Part shown: positions 58,493 to 64,000 of the stretch, piece after piece
Position numbering within the stretch: the first letter of the stretch is position 1
Layout: every line of letters starts with the position of its first letter
Assembly: GCA_900617105.1 (NCBI GenBank)
Contig: UYFQ01000858.1
Location: forward strand, 1-64,000
From: Hydrurus foetidus
Taxonomy: Eukaryota
Direction of reading: 5' to 3'
DNA: 64,000 nucleotides
Translations under genes and position numbers: made by a program
Notes under the pieces: model-generated
Database searches by the model: none
The model's input: the letters and a program-made list of their open reading frames with translations, nothing else
Told to the model about the DNA's origin: nothing

Positions 58493-59032
58493 TAGAGACC
58501 GGGTCGGGTCGCTCATAAACTGCTCCTCATAATTTCATTTCGAAACCGTGAGTGGTGTCCGGGTCTATCGATTATTTCCAATTTCCAATTACGTTAGTGC
58601 CGATTGCGTCAAAGCCAATTATCTGCTGCAGCAAGATAACCGCTCAGATATAGTAGGACGTACGAGAAATTTCTTCGATTCTGTCAAGAATTAGGGTCAC
58701 CTTACGTCAAAAATGACCCCAACTCTTGACAGAACCGAGGAAATTTCTCATATCCATCGATCCATCTCAAATTTCGCTGTAAACCACTATACAGATGATG
58801 AATTAGATGAAGTGTTAGTAGAAAATGATGACTTGGTAAGAAAAATTGGACGCTGATTCTGATATTGAAGTCGAAAAATTTGCACAATTTTATAGATGGT
58901 TTTTACGAGCCGTCCAACTAGAATGGTTTTTTATTGATTTTTCGTCAATCAGTAGTGATGTCCAGCTCAGTCCATAATAAACCGTGGATTATGAATTATG
59001 TGACCAACCCACTATGAGCGACCCGATGTCTA
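58493..59032. mobile_element. Possible MITE (~540 bp)
   Basis: tcgggtcgctcata (58504-58517) and tatgagcgacccga (59013-59026) are inverted; TAGA/TCTA ends; subterminal cataatttcat/atgaattatg; no clear TSD. Confidence 0.5.
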
Positions 59033-59610
59033 CGCAAATGCAATGGAATGGCCTACTAAACTAAACGGAATGCTAAACGGAATTCGAAATGTGTCTCGTG
59101 TCTCGTGTGGATTGTGGATTGTGGCGTGCGGCGTGTGGAACCCGCAACGGCACTGCTGGCTGCTAAGCACCACGCTAGGCATTTGTGGGGCGGGTGTCTG
59201 CCAAAAGTCAGTATGAATTGGCAGGATTTTTGTCGCCAATTTGCCAAAAGCATTTAGAATAGTCCTAATTTGATTTTTGAGGATTTAAAATGATTCGACA
59301 ACTCAGTAGAAGCTCAAAACAGTCCTAAAATCATGATTATGTAGATTATTAGAATGTGGATCCCAAGTCTCAGATCAAAAACTCCTTCGGTTTCCGGTAA
59401 CCGGATCATTTAGCCGTATATTTCAGTAATGGGAGTCTTTTCCGGCGAATAGCTGGAAGTTCCAGAACTTCGTGACGGATCTGAATTGTTCAGGTAAGTA
59501 TTTTTCGTTGTTAAATAGCGGAGTAATCTTTAATCTGCTGTACTGTCGAAATAGCGGCACTTCTAAGATCGTCCCGCCCTACAAATGCTACACCACGTGT
59601 TCAGTTTCGT

Positions 59611-59704
59611 TTGTTTTTGTTTTGTTTTTGTTTTTGTTTTTGTTTTTGTTTTTGTTTTTTGTTTTTTGTTTTTGTTTTTGTTTTGTTTTTGTTTTTGTTT
59701 TTGA
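59611..59704. repeat. (GTTTTT)n microsatellite
   Basis: Direct reading. Confidence 0.9.
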
Positions 59705-59906
59705 ATAAAATTCTATGACTCCACTGTCCCCCAAAGGGATGGTGGGAAATTTCAAGATCTCCCTCCTGACGATGCCTTACGATCACGTCATCAATGTTCA
59801 GCACTGCTGCGAAGTGCGGCAATTAAGATGATTATGAAGCTCATGCAACAGCGCTGTAGCAAAAAATTCAGTACGAAAAGCACTGCGAAAGAACCTATTC
59901 TTGCCG

Positions 59907-62397
59907 ATGGCCGCAATCGTTCCTGTAATCTACAAAGCCATGGCTACATGTGGTTCGTCCAAGTCAACAGAGGCTGGCAGAGTTTCTGCATTAAGGCATG
60001 CAGATATTTTCTGCTCCAACAAACAGATTGGTTTGGATACTAAAGGAATCGCTTCTCTTGGAAGGCTGTCCGAGAGTGAAATCTGCAAGCAGGAATTTTT
60101 CAAAGAGTTTGCTACGTACCTGGCAGAGCATGCAAAAAGGAAAAGCACTGGATTATTGTTGATGCCTGGGACAGCGATACAGTATCTATCAGCATTAAAG
60201 GAGCATGCACAGAAAAAGTTCTCGACAAACCCTTTTTGGATCGAGAAGTCCCTCGATACGTGGTATCCTTATCTGCGTCTTGCCATCGAGACAAACATCA
60301 GTCGTCAGCAAATGATCAATGGTTTTGCCGTGTCGGAAAGCTCTCAAGCTATTGGTCGAAGTTTGCTACTTTCTATCAACGAGACGTTGATGTCTACGGG
60401 AACTGCAGAGGCAATGAAGCGACGTCTCGCAATAGTTATGACATTTCTCGCGGTTGGAAGATCTGGGGAGTCGGCTTTGTCTACTTGGACATCTGCCATT
60501 TGGGATCGGCAACTTGGGAACCTTTTGATAAATTGGAACGAAAAAAAGACTGGTGTGTAGAAATCTTGAACTCTTGTAAAAACTAATCTAGATCACTAAT
60601 TCACTGATCGCTCTTGTTCTAACCGCGAAATTCTAAGGGGACTCGGACCCCATGAACTTCTTCTCGGACGTTTCCTCGATGGAGATTGACTTTTATCACG
60701 CAATGGCGTCTTATTTGATCATGGGTGGTGGAAATTCGAAACTTAGCAAAGGAACCCCGTCTAATTGGATACTTCCAGACCTTGCTAGGAATCTGGATTC
60801 TGCATCGTCACTTGTCACAAAGTATATCAGAGAGGCCTTGGCAGATTGCGCAGACAAATCGATTGCTGACAGCTGTAAAGACTACGAGGGGACTTCATTA
60901 AGGTATGTTGAACTGTTTCAAATTAATGTCAAGGTGTGCACAGCACTAAACTAAGCTATATGTATCAGAGTCGGAGCGGCGAGTCTCTTATCTTCCCACA
61001 AGACAACAAGATTCATCGACATTGTCCTCCGGGGCGGCTGGGAGGCAAAAGGCATCAGCAGATTATTCATCTATATAGAAGGGATTCAATACCCAATATC
61101 ATGCGCCGGTCGAGCGCTAGCTGGTTGGAGAGACTCTCACTCGACCGTGCACCAACCGGAGTGTTGTTTCTTGGACTCACGCAATATGACTCGAATTGGC
61201 AATCTTGTCGTGAAACTATTCCACTGCTCCGTCCCCGACATGCACGCGAATGGCAAGTTATGGCCTCTCGCACTGTGCATGTTTGCCACTGTCCTGATGT
61301 ACCTGCCTGAGATGCGAAGCAAGTACCCGAGACATGAGCTACTGACAATACTGATCGACAAGGCAAATGAATGCGACATCTCTTTAAAAGATCTATTGGA
61401 GTGGGGGAAAGCGGTCAAAGAAAGGTTCAATGAGTCGAATATGGAGGCAAGTCTGAATACAGGAGAGACGCTAATACCGGTACTACTCGAGAAGATAGTA
61501 GTCCTCGAGAAAGTGGTCGCGAGCAATCAAGAGGTACACCTAAATGTTATCTACTTCTGAACAATTACACTCTAACAATTCGTATATAATCCATTGCAGT
61601 CAATTTCCAACATGGCATCTACTATTGAGTCAATGCACGGTACCATCCACGAGATAAATGCAAAACTCAGCATGCTATGCTCGACACAGAATACCCCCCG
61701 AAGTGCCAGTAGTGGGTGCAAGAGGTCTCGCAATGACGGCACTCTCATTGTAGACACCCAACCCTACGCAGCTGCAGTGCAGGAGGAACCTGTCGCTAGA
61801 GATGTCAGTGTTGCAACCATTTTTAACAGTCACTTTAGACCTTCAGCATCAGGATACAATCCGGCAACACTTAGCTCAAAGGCCACAGAGACATTCATAT
61901 ATGATTGGTATGCGAGGGGACTCGGAGCAGTGAAAGGAAACGAAGTTGAGTTGATGCAGCGGTCCTGGATGTCAGCTATTGGCAGCAAGGTCTCAACAGA
62001 CAATCTTCTTGACGCCAAGAGTCTCATGAAATTGGTTGAAATGCTTGCCACCAAGAGCCAACTGGATTCTCTGAAGGGCACACAGCCCAATGCAGCTACT
62101 GATCCAGCTTATGGCGATTGGGAACATCTGATTAGGGGTATCTGCAAAGTGCTTACCACTATGACGAATGATTTCCTGACCATGAAAGAAGGCAAAGTCG
62201 GTAATGCCAAGGCTCTCACGCTTGGAGCAATGGCGAGACGTTGGAAGGTCAAGAAATTTCCTGCTCCGACTGAAGATGAGCTACAACAATTGCGCAATGC
62301 GATGAGTAACAGCAATAGACACAAGACATCAAGCTCAAGCTCAAGCTCAAGCTTCAAGAATGCAAGCATCAAAGCGAAAAGTGCAATCTTGAAATAA
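59907..62397 (+). CDS. Crypton-like tyrosine recombinase, ~757 aa; exons 59907-60552, 60638-60902, 60969-61533, 61600-62397
   Basis: Three GT-AG introns join the ORFs in frame (2274 nt). N-terminal FATYL...TAIQYLSALK; box I AVGRSGE; EKKTG; GTSLRVGAAS; RGGW; LFIYIEG; GRALAGW; C-terminal FIYDWYARGL resembling GCR1_C-type domains. Start codon uncertain. Confidence 0.85.
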
Positions 62398-62503
62398 AGT
62401 ACAAGTAACTGTTTAAGAAATTATCTCGATAGTAAATCTTCTCTCACGTATGTAAACTAACTAACACGCTTTAAAACTAATTGTGACTTCCAAAATATCT
62501 CCT

Positions 62504-63923
62504 ATGTGGGGTGAAGTTGTTAGAACAACTGGATTGGGTCGGTGGTCGACTGGGGTGAGTGTCTAATATGGGTCTCCTGCTGCTCTGCTGCGGTCATTTT
62601 GGGAGCTGTGGCACTCTGTGTGGAGATGCCGGAAGATGATGGCGATGATACAGCATTGCTCAGTGGTACTTCCAATGTGGGGTGAAGTTGTTAGAACAAC
62701 TGGATTGGGTCGGCGGTCGACTGGGGTGAGTGTCTAATATGGGTCTCCTGCTGCTCTGCTGCGGTCATTTTGGGAGCTGTGGCACTCTGTGTGGAGATGC
62801 CGGAAGATGATGGCGATGATACAGCATTGCTCAGTGGTACTTCCAATGTGGGGTGAAGTTGTTAGAACAACTGGATTGGGTCGGCGGTCGACTGGGGTGA
62901 GTGTCTAATATGGGTCTCCTGCTGCTCTGCTGCGGTCATTTTGGGAGCTGTGGCACTCTGTGTGGAGATGCCGGAAGATGATGGCGATGATACAGCATTG
63001 CTCAGTGGTACTTCCAATGTGGGGTGAAGTTGTTAGAACAACTGGATTGGGTCGGCGGTCGACTGGGGTGAGTGTCTAATATGGGTCTCCTGCTGCTCTG
63101 CTGCGGTCATTTTGGGAGCTGTGGCACTCTGTGTGGAGATGCCGGAAGATGATGGCGATGATACAGCATTGCTCAGTGGTACTTCCAATGTGGGGTGAAG
63201 TTGTTAGAACAACTGGATTGGGTCGGCGGTCGACTGGGGTGAGTGTCTAATATGGGTCTCCTGCTGCTATGCTGCGGTCATTTTGGGAGCTGTGGCACTC
63301 TTCGTGGAGATGCCGGAGATGATGGCGATGTACAGCATTGCTCAGTGGTACTTCCAATGCGGGGTGAAGTTGTTAGAACAACTGGATTGGGTCGGCGGTC
63401 GACTTCGGTGAGTGTCTAATATGGGTCTCCTGCTGCTCTGCTGCGGTCATTTTGGGAGCTGTGGCACTCAGTGTGGAGATGCCGGAAGATGATGGCGATG
63501 ATACAGCATTGCTCAGTTGTACTTCCAATGTGGGGTGAAGTTGTTAGAACAACTGGATTGGGTCGGCGGTCGACTGGGGTGAGTGTCTAATATGGGTCTC
63601 CTGCTGCTCTGATGCGGTCATTTTGGGAGCTGTGAAACTCTGCGTGGAGATGCCGGAAGATGGTGGCGATGATACAGCATTGCTCAGTGGTACTTCCAAT
63701 GTGGGGTGAAGTTGTTAGAACAACTGTATTGGGTCGGCGGTCGACTGGGGTGAGTGGTCAATATGGGTCTCCTGCTGCTCGCTGCGGTCATTTTGGGAGC
63801 TGCGATACCCTGTGTGGAGATGCCGGAGCGATGATACAGCATTGCTCAGTGGTACTTCCAATGGGGGTGAAGTTGTTAGAACAACTGGATTGGGTCGGCG
63901 GTCGACTGGGGTGAGTGTCTAAA
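62504..63923. repeat. 171-bp tandem array, 8 full units plus a partial ninth
   Basis: Unit starts at 62504, 62675, 62846, 63017, 63188, 63357, 63528, 63699 and 63861. Confidence 0.97.
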
Positions 63924-64000
63924 TTGGTCTAAGATGGCGCCGCCGAGGTCGACAGTCGAAGCAGTTTAGTTGAGTTCGGTTCTTCGATTCTAGTATGTCG

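Noticed and set aside
62504..63923. CRISPR array or alpha-satellite interpretation of the 171-bp array
   Set aside because: No unique spacers and no cas genes; the length match to primate alpha satellite comes without recognisable sequence similarity
63948..63960. TCGACAGTCGAA matches the Copia PBS region in reverse complement
   Set aside because: A short quasi-palindromic 12-mer with no flanking similarity; chance is plausible across 64 kb

Overview
Eukaryotic nuclear DNA with GT-AG introns. The gene and transposon content suggests a plastid-bearing stramenopile (ochrophyte); this is an inference. 1-25.4 kb is the 3' part of one very large, many-exon coiled-coil/IQ-motif gene whose introns are filled with pentanucleotide microsatellites and two small MITE families. 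Compact host genes follow: an HA-domain repeat protein, a GT47/exostosin glycosyltransferase, seipin, a CRTISO-like FAD enzyme, an ABHD17-like hydrolase fused to a SnoaL-like domain, and an mTERF protein. Mobile DNA includes an intact Copia LTR retrotransposon (28404-33946) and a TE island at 46.3-54.1 kb (foldback element, telomere-repeat MULE-like MITE with a nested gag-only LTR element, decayed pogo-like transposon). An intact 4-exon Crypton-like tyrosine recombinase is followed directly by a polarised 171-bp tandem array. Top finding: the Copia element has no tRNA-type primer-binding site; instead the 12 nt right after its 5' LTR are the exact complement of a 12-mer inside the LTR, the geometry of Tf1-type self-priming, which is classically known from Gypsy-type elements. 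All calls were made by eye, without database searches.
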